From assembly GCA_964512315.1 (NCBI GenBank), contig CAZEIK010000001.1, positions 84,408 to 148,407 on the forward strand: DNA of 64,000 bases. The letters are read 5' to 3'. Under the pieces are notes generated by a model that was not told the DNA's origin, searched no databases, and worked only from the letters and a program-made list of their open reading frames with translations. Every line of letters begins with the position of its first letter. Positions within the stretch are counted from its first letter, which is position 1. Below are positions 18,381 through 26,098 of the stretch, piece by piece. The translations under genes and the position numbers were made by a program. Source of the stretch: an uncultured Candidatus Saccharibacteria bacterium. GTDB taxonomy: Bacteria > Patescibacteriota > Minisyncoccia > Phycocordibacterales > UBA5272.

Positions 18381-19475
18381 ATGAATCCAAGTACAAACAA
18401 TGGAACAACAACTGGTGCAGTGGTAGTGGGGGAAATAGCGGAGTCGCTCAATCGTAATGCGGGGCGTGTGTCTATTAATGATCGCAGACTGATCAATGGT
18501 AAAAATGCAGATGTGATACAACTGCACCCGCTCAAGCATACATTTGCTTGGGATGCGTATAATGTTGGTAATGCTAATCACTGGTTGCCGACAGAGATAT
18601 CGATGCAGCTAGACATCGAGCAGTGGAGGAATCCTAATTTCTTAACAGCAGACGAGAGACACGCTCTTAAGATGGTTATTGGATTCTTCTCAACAGCAGA
18701 CTCGATAGCAGCGAATAACATAGTGCTCGCATTCTACAAACACATCACATCTCCAGAGGCACGTATGTATCTACTACGTCAGGCTTATGAGGAGGCTATA
18801 CACACTCAGGCTTATCAATACATTGTGGAGTCGCTCGGGCTGGACGGTTCAGAGATATTCAATATGTATCGCGAGGTGGATGCTATATACAACAAAGACA
18901 AATTCATACTTAGTTTTAATGAGGGCATAATGCGTAATGACTTTAAGACTGGTACATTTGAGAATGATCAGAAATTCTTGGAGAATATCTGTGTGTTCTC
19001 GCTAATCATGGAAGGTATATTCTTCTATTCATCATTTGCGGTTATGTTCGGATTCCAACGCCAGAACAAGTTGCCTGGTTCTGCAGAGCAGATACAATAC
19101 ATTATGCGTGACGAGTCTGCTCACTTGAATTTTGGTATTGATATGATTAACACAATCAAGGAGGAGCAACCAGAATTGTGGACACCAGAATTCCAAGCTA
19201 GAATCATTAACCTAATACGTGAAGCTGTGCAGTTGGAATACACATTTGCACAAGATGTTTTCCCTAAAGGAATATTTGGACTCAACGCTGATGGATTCAA
19301 ACAATATATCGAGCACATTGCAGATCGCAGATTGCAACGTGTGGGACTGCCTATACAATATGGATCACACAATCCATTCCCTTGGATGAGTGAGGCGGTA
19401 GACCTAGCGAAAGAGAAGAATTTCTTCGAGACACGTGTGACCGAGTACAAGACTGGTGGAACATTGGATTGGTAA
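18381..19475 (+). CDS. nrdB: Ribonucleoside-diphosphate reductase class Ia beta subunit
   Basis: 364 aa. Di-iron ligand helices 'EEAIHTQAYQYIV', 'MEGIFFYSSFA', 'RDESAHLNFG' and a C-terminal R1-binding tail. Confidence 0.9.
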   Translation: MNPSTNNGTTTGAVVVGEIAESLNRNAGRVSINDRRLINGKNADVIQLHPLKHTFAWDAYNVGNANHWLPTEISMQLDIEQWRNPNFLTADERHALKMVIGFFSTADSIAANNIVLAFYKHITSPEARMYLLRQAYEEAIHTQAYQYIVESLGLDGSEIFNMYREVDAIYNKDKFILSFNEGIMRNDFKTGTFENDQKFLENICVFSLIMEGIFFYSSFAVMFGFQRQNKLPGSAEQIQYIMRDESAHLNFGIDMINTIKEEQPELWTPEFQARIINLIREAVQLEYTFAQDVFPKGIFGLNADGFKQYIEHIADRRLQRVGLPIQYGSHNPFPWMSEAVDLAKEKNFFETRVTEYKTGGTLDW

Positions 19476-19477
19476 AA
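19454..19477 (+). repeat. 24-bp perfect direct repeat, copy 1 (copy 2 at 20323-20346), flanking the HExxH gene; copy 1 spans the nrdB stop codon
   Basis: tggtggaacattggattggtaaaa is identical at 19454-19477 and 20323-20346, 869 bp apart. Confidence 0.85.
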
Positions 19478-19480
19478 TTT

Positions 19481-20320
19481 ATGTTTTTTAGAAATAAAAC
19501 ACCTGCACCAAAATTTGAAACAGTAAAACCATCTGGTGAGTTAGATTTTGATGCTATTGGTAAAAGAGATGAATATCTTGATCAAAAAACAAAACTTATA
19601 AATCAAAAGTTAGAGTCAGTAGATAGAGGGGTACTGGTAGACATATTTCTTGAAATATATAGAAAATCTTCTAAGGACCAGAGTGAAGAAAAGTTGTTCA
19701 GGTATAAAAGAAAAATTGAGGTCGTACTTGGCGAACTCTCAACATATTTACCAGAAAGCAAAAATGATCAGAGTGTCGCTCGTGTAATTAGTGGCTATGT
19801 TGAGTTTAATTCTGAAGTTTTTGAAAACTTAGATCCTCTTAAACTACTTCGAATTTTTGTTCACGAGGTTTGCCATGCCTCATCAATCTACAAGAGTAAA
19901 GGGGTGGAAATTCCCAGTAAGGAGTGGTTAGGAAAACCATCTTATACCGCCATGAATGAAGCGATAACTGAAAAAATGGCAGACTATGTTGTGTTTGAAT
20001 ATATATCTAGAAGTGGTAACAAAAAATTATATGAAGATTTTGATAAAGAGATGAGATCTAGAGAAGGGTATGCCTTAGAGGTTTGCCTTCTGGAGGATGC
20101 TATTAAGGATATTGCTTCTGAGACAGGGGTATCAGAAGAGGTGGTGTTAAGGTCAATTTTTGGGCATTATATTAGAAATGACTTTGAGAGAGTCTTAGAA
20201 TCTTTATCTCCAGAGGAGGTGGCTATGTTTTCAAGACTCAAGGAGCCAGAGGCAAAGATTTCAGATGGGTTAAAGGTACTTTTTAAAAATATAGTGGCTA
20301 AGGTTTTTAAAAATTCATAA
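19481..20320 (+). CDS. HExxH zinc-metallopeptidase-like protein (SprT-like 'HEVCH'); gene cassette inserted after nrdB
   Basis: About 279 aa from the ATG 5 nt after the nrdB stop (ORF track starts at TTG 19469). 'LLRIFVHEVCHASS' motif. Lies exactly between the 24-bp direct repeats. Confidence 0.55.
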   Translation: MFFRNKTPAPKFETVKPSGELDFDAIGKRDEYLDQKTKLINQKLESVDRGVLVDIFLEIYRKSSKDQSEEKLFRYKRKIEVVLGELSTYLPESKNDQSVARVISGYVEFNSEVFENLDPLKLLRIFVHEVCHASSIYKSKGVEIPSKEWLGKPSYTAMNEAITEKMADYVVFEYISRSGNKKLYEDFDKEMRSREGYALEVCLLEDAIKDIASETGVSEEVVLRSIFGHYIRNDFERVLESLSPEEVAMFSRLKEPEAKISDGLKVLFKNIVAKVFKNS

Positions 20321-20322
20321 AT

Positions 20323-20346
20323 TGGTGGAACATTGGATTGGTAAAA
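20323..20346 (+). repeat. 24-bp direct repeat, copy 2 (duplicate of the nrdB 3' end)
   Basis: Identical to 19454-19477; followed by a terminator. Confidence 0.85.
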
Positions 20347-20350
20347 ACAC

Positions 20351-20382
20351 AAAAGCCGCCCGACGAAGTCGGGCGGCTTTTG
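20351..20382 (+). terminator. Rho-independent terminator (likely the original nrdB terminator)
   Basis: aaaaGCCGCCCGACgaaGTCGGGCGGCttttg. Confidence 0.7.
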
Positions 20383-20443
20383 ATTTGCAATTTGCTTGTA
20401 TTTTGTTTAGGATTGTCTAAGATTGTAAAAAGCGAGGTAGCGT

Positions 20444-20848
20444 ATGATACGCATGATACTGATAAAACCTAAAGGGTCAGCCGCCAGGTTGATAGGCTTC
20501 CAAACTCGAGACGCACCCTGGTTGCCAGGATTCGTTAGTCCGATATTCGAGGTCGATGGTCATCTGGTGATTCAGACGTCATCCAGAACCCTTGTTGAAG
20601 AAATTGAAGACAGTGGACGTATTACACCGTATCCGACTGTGGAGCTCAGGACTTTCTGTAAATCCTACAACCCGAAAAAGGATCGATACACAGCCTACTG
20701 GGACACTGGAAAGGTGTGGGTAACCCGAGAGGGTGAATTCAAAATCTCTCTGCACCCAGAAGACATAGCCGAGATACAATCCAAATGGGAGAATTTGAGT
20801 CCTAGGGACAGAAATGTTGTGTGGGGTGCGTGGGCTAAGCATCGCTAA
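20444..20848 (+). CDS. Hypothetical protein (134 aa) in a GC-rich island
   Basis: GAGG SD before the ATG. No recognisable domain. Local GC is about 50%. Confidence 0.45.
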   Translation: MIRMILIKPKGSAARLIGFQTRDAPWLPGFVSPIFEVDGHLVIQTSSRTLVEEIEDSGRITPYPTVELRTFCKSYNPKKDRYTAYWDTGKVWVTREGEFKISLHPEDIAEIQSKWENLSPRDRNVVWGAWAKHR

Positions 20849-20862
20849 TCTCTGATTGGATT

Positions 20863-20910
20863 AAGGCCAGCATCTAGAAGATTCGAATCTTCTAGATGCT
20901 GGCCTTTTGT
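20863..20910 (+). terminator. Strong rho-independent terminator (about 20-bp perfect stem)
   Basis: aaGGCCAGCATCTAGAAGATTCgAATCTTCTAGATGCTGGCCtttt. Confidence 0.75.
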
Positions 20911-20955
20911 GTTTTTCCTGTATTCGCTAATTGTCATTCATGTTAAACTGTTAAT

Positions 20956-21819
20956 ATGAATATAGGAGTTTTGCGCGGAGGGAAAATACGAGAACATGAC
21001 TCGCATTTGTCTGCTGCAGAGATATTGGCTGATCTGCGTCTCGGCGAGCACAAGATAATAGACATAACAATAGATCAAAATGGTGATTGGTATGAACGCG
21101 GAATCAAAACCACTCCGCATCAGATACTGCCATATGTTGATGTTATGGTGAACACTACGAAGGAGACGTCACATGTATCGCTAGTTAGGGATTTTAAAAT
21201 ACCAAAATTATTCGAAGTTGAACCAAAAATAGACAATGTCAGAAGATTGCTTTTCCAACTCGGGATAAAATATCCTAATTACACAATTATATCTAAAAAA
21301 CAGATAGACGAGTCAGATATGCATAATCTGTGGAGGACTTTGCATTTACCACTTGTGATAAAGTCACAGACTAGATTGCTACCTAGCTTGCTTACATATG
21401 ATCCAAAAGAGTCGCTCGAGTATATAAAAGAAATACAGAAGAGAGGCGACACGCCAGTAGTCGACAGTCATGTAAAAGGAAGATTGTATCACGTTGCAGC
21501 AGTCAGCAACCTTCGCGGTGAACGTGTGTATATACCAACAATACTTGAGAGCTTTAAAAAGGGTGGCAAGAATAATTATGTCCGAGCGCAATCGTTAAAT
21601 GAAAATGAAAAAATGGAATTGAGAGATATGATACACAAGATACATGTTAATTTGGATTTACCATTAGCTGTTTATGATTTTGTTAAAAATAAAAATGGTT
21701 TTACATTGGTACATGTATCCACCAAGCCAAGATACACAGAAGGGTCACTGCTGCATGAGGCCTTCATGTCGTCAGGCGTTACATTCAGAGAGATAGTGGC
21801 AGCAATGAGACAAAAATAA
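20956..21819 (+). CDS. Divergent D-alanine--D-alanine ligase-like ATP-grasp protein (possibly degenerate)
   Basis: 287 aa. N-terminus 'IGVLRGGKIREHDSHLSAAEIL' matches the Ddl N-domain (GG.S.EhevSl.Sa). Central and C-terminal regions align loosely to the ATP-grasp, but the GSS loop and E.N..PG motif are altered. Confidence 0.5.
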   Translation: MNIGVLRGGKIREHDSHLSAAEILADLRLGEHKIIDITIDQNGDWYERGIKTTPHQILPYVDVMVNTTKETSHVSLVRDFKIPKLFEVEPKIDNVRRLLFQLGIKYPNYTIISKKQIDESDMHNLWRTLHLPLVIKSQTRLLPSLLTYDPKESLEYIKEIQKRGDTPVVDSHVKGRLYHVAAVSNLRGERVYIPTILESFKKGGKNNYVRAQSLNENEKMELRDMIHKIHVNLDLPLAVYDFVKNKNGFTLVHVSTKPRYTEGSLLHEAFMSSGVTFREIVAAMRQK

Positions 21820-21853
21820 ACACCCCTCGTCAGGGGTGTTTATTTTCGAAACC

Positions 21854-22192
21854 TTAGATTACCGGAGTAATCTCAGGAGTTTTCTTAGCAGCTACCTTCT
21901 TAGTTGCTTTTTTCACAGCTTTTTTAGCTGGAGCTGCTGCCTTTTTAACAGGAGCAGACTTCTTTTTACTAGCCGCAGCTTTTGCTTTGGCAGCATCTTC
22001 TTTTGCTTTTTCTAGGTCCACGATATTTGTTGTATTAGCCCAATCTTTCAATTTCTTTACTGAATTCATGGCACCACGCTTCTCGGTGAATCCTTCTCCA
22101 GCGTTAGCTACTGGCTCGCCATTTTGAGCGAGCAGTCTCCAACGATAATGTCCTTTTCCGTCTTTATAAATTTCAAATTTTGTTTTTGCCAT
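21854..22192 (-). CDS. DUF1508 (YegP-like) domain protein with a lysine/alanine-rich histone H1-like C-terminal tail
   Basis: Start taken at 'MAKTKFEIYKDGKGHYRWRLLAQNGEPVANAGEGFTEKRGAMNSV' (typical YegP start). Tail 'KAKAAASKKKSAPVKKAAAPAKKAVKKATKKVAAKK'. The ORF track extends to 22249, which would run into the divergent promoter. Confidence 0.65.
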   Translation of the reverse strand: MAKTKFEIYKDGKGHYRWRLLAQNGEPVANAGEGFTEKRGAMNSVKKLKDWANTTNIVDLEKAKEDAAKAKAAASKKKSAPVKKAAAPAKKAVKKATKKVAAKKTPEITPVI

Positions 22193-22281
22193 TTTATTTT
22201 TTAATTTTACATTGTAAGCAGTGAACACGTCTACAATAAATTGTAGCATCTGCTCGGTTGTCTGCGTGGTATAATATCCAC

Positions 22282-23802
22282 ATGAAAGTTGATTTTGAAG
22301 AGATTGTAAGTGCTGGCTATGTAAGTAAGGGTGAGGCTATTAACTTGGGTGCTGCATTTTATGCAGATAAAGTGTACACGGACTCAATTGTGAAGGTGCC
22401 ACTCTCGACTCTCAATAGGCATGGCCTTGTAGCTGGAGCAACAGGAACAGGTAAGACCAAAACTCTTCAGAAGTTGTGTGAGCTGTTATCTAAGTCAGGT
22501 GTGCCGAGTCTCGTGATGGATATTAAAGGTGACTTCTCAGGTATATCACAAGAGGGTCAGATGAATGATAAGTTAAAAGAGAGGATTGGCGCTACCGCTT
22601 ATGACTGGTCGGCTGAAAAGTTCCCAGTTGAATTCTTGAGTCTGGCTGGTAATGATGGCGCGAGATTGAGAGCGACTGTCTCGGAGTTTGGTCCAGTACT
22701 GTTTTCTAAAATGCTTGAGCTGACTGATGTGCAGCAGTCAGTGATGTCGCTAGTCTTCAAATATTGTGACGACAAGGGTCTGCCGCTACTCGACCTACCT
22801 GATATAAAAGAAGTTCTCAAATACATACAGACAGACGACGGACAAGCAGAAATAGAAAAAGAGTTCGGCGCTGTGTCGTCGGCTACTATTGGTGTTATTA
22901 TGCGAAAGATAATAGAGCTGGAGGAACAGGGTGCGGATATGTTCTTCGGTGAGCCATCATTTGAAGTTGAGGACTTGCTGGGTGTTAAGAATGATATGGG
23001 TGTAGTGAATGTGCTCAGACTTCAGAATTTGAATAATAAGCCAAAGCTTTTCTCGACATTTATGTTGGCGCTATTATCTGAGGTATATCAGAAATTCCCA
23101 GAAGAGGGCGATATGGATAAGCCAAAGCTAGTAATATTCATAGACGAGGCGCATCTTATATTCGAAGATGCAAGTAAGGCTCTGTTGGATGAGATAGAGC
23201 AGATAATCAAGCTGATACGTAGCAAGGGAGTTGGTATTATTTTCTGTACCCAGAATCCAATAGACATACCAGATGACGTACTAGCTCAACTAGGACTCAA
23301 GATTCAGCATGCTCTGCGCGCCTTCACTGCCAAGGACAGAGAGGCGATCAAGAAAGCTAGTGAGAACTATCCTGAGACGGATTTCTACGATGTTGACCAG
23401 GAGTTAACTGAGCTAGCTATCGGTGAGGCCTTTGTGACAGGGTTAAGTGAGAAGGGTACACCGACACCGCTTGTGCGCACCTATGTGTATCCTCCACGCT
23501 CTAGTATGGATACTATTAGTGATGAGGAGTTAAAAGAGGTGTTGGATAATTCTGACCTGTTTAGTAAATACAATAAAGAGATAGATAGAGACAGTGCGCA
23601 AGAGATGCTTTGTAAGAAAATGGAAAGTTGTGCGGAGGATGATGCTGAGAACGAGGAGATAAAGAAAAGAGGAGAAGAGAGTGTAAATACTGCGATGGAT
23701 ACATTTAAAGAAATATCTAAGAACCCTCTGGTTCGCCAAGTTGCCCGCACTGCTACCAACGCCGCAATACGCGGAATCTTAGGCATGCTTAAGAAAAGGT
23801 AA
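22282..23802 (+). CDS. DUF853 / YjgR-family HerA-like P-loop NTPase
   Basis: Walker A 'GLVAGATGTGKTKTLQKL', Walker B 'LVIFIDEAHLIF', and a basic C-terminal tail. TGGTATAAT extended -10 at 22267-22275 lies 6 nt before the ATG, implying a leaderless mRNA. Confidence 0.75.
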   Translation: MKVDFEEIVSAGYVSKGEAINLGAAFYADKVYTDSIVKVPLSTLNRHGLVAGATGTGKTKTLQKLCELLSKSGVPSLVMDIKGDFSGISQEGQMNDKLKERIGATAYDWSAEKFPVEFLSLAGNDGARLRATVSEFGPVLFSKMLELTDVQQSVMSLVFKYCDDKGLPLLDLPDIKEVLKYIQTDDGQAEIEKEFGAVSSATIGVIMRKIIELEEQGADMFFGEPSFEVEDLLGVKNDMGVVNVLRLQNLNNKPKLFSTFMLALLSEVYQKFPEEGDMDKPKLVIFIDEAHLIFEDASKALLDEIEQIIKLIRSKGVGIIFCTQNPIDIPDDVLAQLGLKIQHALRAFTAKDREAIKKASENYPETDFYDVDQELTELAIGEAFVTGLSEKGTPTPLVRTYVYPPRSSMDTISDEELKEVLDNSDLFSKYNKEIDRDSAQEMLCKKMESCAEDDAENEEIKKRGEESVNTAMDTFKEISKNPLVRQVARTATNAAIRGILGMLKKR

Positions 23803-23819
23803 TTTGTTATAATTATTCT

Positions 23820-24218
23820 ATGTCATACAAAACTAATATTATTTTAGAAGCGGCGAATAATCAGAATTTTAGAAAAGTGCTATTTACTGGCGATAAGTCA
23901 CAGCTAGTAGTAATGAGTATTCCTCCTAAGAGCGAAGTAGGTGAGGAGGTGCATGATCATGTTGAGCAGACATTATTCTTCTTATCGGGCACTTGTGAAT
24001 GTGTATTGGACCACGAGAGACATATTGTTAGCGCTGGTGATGTAGTGGTGGTGACGCCAGGAACAAGACATAACTTTATCAACTCTGGAGAAGAGGATGT
24101 AAAAATATATACTGTTTACGCCCCAGCTAATCACATAGACGGTAGGGTGCACGCAACAATACAAGACGCTGAGAATGACGTCGAGGACGAGGAATTCGGC
24201 CACAAATATACTTCTTAG
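23820..24218 (+). CDS. Cupin-domain protein
   Basis: 132 aa. 'EVHDHVEQTLFFLSGTCECVL...AGDVVVVTPGTRHNFINSGEEDVKIYTVYAP' carries cupin_2 motifs. Confidence 0.55.
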   Translation: MSYKTNIILEAANNQNFRKVLFTGDKSQLVVMSIPPKSEVGEEVHDHVEQTLFFLSGTCECVLDHERHIVSAGDVVVVTPGTRHNFINSGEEDVKIYTVYAPANHIDGRVHATIQDAENDVEDEEFGHKYTS

Positions 24219-24904
24219 TTAAGCTTGATAACTTTAAAAAGCTTCTCTAGATCAACAGGGTCTATGGTTTTGGCTTGACCGCTACGTATGTATTTGTCAT
24301 TTAGGGTGGCGATACGCTTACGAGTCAAGGAGTTAATTGTAAGATTAAGAGCGTTAAACATTCTGCGTATCTCATGCTTCTTGCCCTCTGTAATAACAAC
24401 ATCGACAGCTAGTCCGTCCTCATGTATAAATACTCTTTTGGCTGGCTTGTATTCTCCTTCTTGAGTCTTTATACCATCTAGTAATATCCTCTCAACTCTA
24501 GGGGTTGCTTTTTCTCTTATACTGACACGATACTCTTTTTCGACTTCATTTTTAGGGTTAAGTAATGCGTCGGTTAATCTGTGGTCATTGGTGTAAATTA
24601 TTAGCCCATCAGACTCCTTGTCTAGTCTTCCTACTGGATGTAGTCCAAGCAATAACTCTTTGTCACTTACTCCAGTTATTTCTCCGCGCGGCTTGAAATA
24701 CAGAACATATTTCAAATCTTTTTGTTCAGACTTGACTGCTACTGTGTCGCCAATTGAGACTTTGGATCCGAGTACGGCTAACTTTTTGTTAATATAAACT
24801 TTGTTGCTCTCTATTAACTTGTCAGCTTCACGACGTGAACATACTCCAGAGTCAGCTAGAAACTTATTAATTCTTCCTTCTGTTGTTGCTTTGATTTCTT
24901 GCAT
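24215..24904 (-). CDS. rRNA pseudouridine synthase (RsuA/RluB family) with S4 domain
   Basis: S4 'RINKFLADSGVCSRREADKLIESNKVYIN'; catalytic 'HPVGRLDKESDGLIIYTNDHRL'. Confidence 0.8.
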   Translation of the reverse strand: MQEIKATTEGRINKFLADSGVCSRREADKLIESNKVYINKKLAVLGSKVSIGDTVAVKSEQKDLKYVLYFKPRGEITGVSDKELLLGLHPVGRLDKESDGLIIYTNDHRLTDALLNPKNEVEKEYRVSIREKATPRVERILLDGIKTQEGEYKPAKRVFIHEDGLAVDVVITEGKKHEIRRMFNALNLTINSLTRKRIATLNDKYIRSGQAKTIDPVDLEKLFKVIKLN

Positions 24905-24906
24905 AT

Positions 24907-26079
24907 TTATCTAGTGTCTTTGATTTTTAGTAATGGAACAAGTGAGTACAATATAAGTATTCCAGCTAGTATGAATAATAATTTAAAGCTTTCTGAGAAC
25001 ATAAAGAAAATAGATCCAACTAACGGCACAAATATAAATGCAATATTTCTTATGCTCCCAAAAAGCGCCACTAGCCCAACATCGCTACGCTCAACCCTTT
25101 TGAAGAAGTAGCTGAATATCATTGCCTCAAGTGTTGCTGCTCCTGCACGAGCAGCGAATAATACTAGCCCCCAGAATATTGGATTAGTGCTAGTTATAAA
25201 GGCAAGAGATATTGCACAGACCCCTATAATTGCTAGTCCTAGCAAAGCGAATTCTTTTTCTCCAGTTCTTAGGTCGGCTAATTTGCCCATACCATAAGGC
25301 AATATTACAAATGGAATAAGAGCAAACGGCATAATTACTCCAAGATATGTTGGTAGTGGTATGCCAATTGTCTCAACTATGTATATACCAGCGTACACGC
25401 TCATTAATACATAGAAAGACTCAAGAGCGAACAGTGCAGTCAGGGCTCCAAATATATTCTTGTCACTTTTTGCCTCATGTATCGCTTGTATATAGTCTAT
25501 ATTTTTATATTTAGGGTCACGGGATTGCGAGTAGAACTTTCTCACTAAGAATATAACAGGCAGTAGCATGAGAGAGCTGACTAGATATATTCCAGGGTAT
25601 CCAGATGTATTAACTAATCCGCCAGCAACCAGTGGAGCTATCAATATACCGGTATTTAGTAAGGTTAAGAATATACCGCGAGTCGCACCTTCTTCATCTA
25701 CGTCAGTGAACTCCTCTATGTAGAGGTTAATCATTATAAAGAGTGCTGCGCTACATGAGAAATGTATCATATAGAGGACGGCAATCAGTAACCCTATATT
25801 AGTAAAGCCAATAGCTGCGGTACTTATTATGCCAGCGAATAGTAGCAACAGGGTGGTCTTATAATTGTGATACTTTTTTATAGATCCGCCCAAGTGTGTA
25901 GTTACGAACATGGCACACAATGCGGCTAGCATTATGATGGCTCCTACTGCTTCACGTGAGAAATATTGTCCGAGCATTATAGAATTTACATATAGTGGTA
26001 TAGCGAAATGTAGTGAGTACAAGAGGGTTACAACAAATCCAACTACTAATAATTTCTTTTTTGCTTCAGAGGGCATCAT
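24907..26079 (-). CDS. MFS-type transporter
   Basis: 390 aa; about 12 TM segments. Confidence 0.6.
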   Translation of the reverse strand: MMPSEAKKKLLVVGFVVTLLYSLHFAIPLYVNSIMLGQYFSREAVGAIIMLAALCAMFVTTHLGGSIKKYHNYKTTLLLLFAGIISTAAIGFTNIGLLIAVLYMIHFSCSAALFIMINLYIEEFTDVDEEGATRGIFLTLLNTGILIAPLVAGGLVNTSGYPGIYLVSSLMLLPVIFLVRKFYSQSRDPKYKNIDYIQAIHEAKSDKNIFGALTALFALESFYVLMSVYAGIYIVETIGIPLPTYLGVIMPFALIPFVILPYGMGKLADLRTGEKEFALLGLAIIGVCAISLAFITSTNPIFWGLVLFAARAGAATLEAMIFSYFFKRVERSDVGLVALFGSIRNIAFIFVPLVGSIFFMFSESFKLLFILAGILILYSLVPLLKIKDTR

Positions 26080-26098
26080 ATTGCTTAATTATAACTTA

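Noticed and set aside
22193-22249. ORF-track N-terminal extensions of the DUF1508 gene (to 22249) and of the DUF853 gene (TTG at 22258)
   Set aside because: Both extensions run into the shared divergent promoter (TGGTATAAT at 22267-22275). The family consensus starts (MAKTKFEIY; MKVDFEE) fit the shorter versions.
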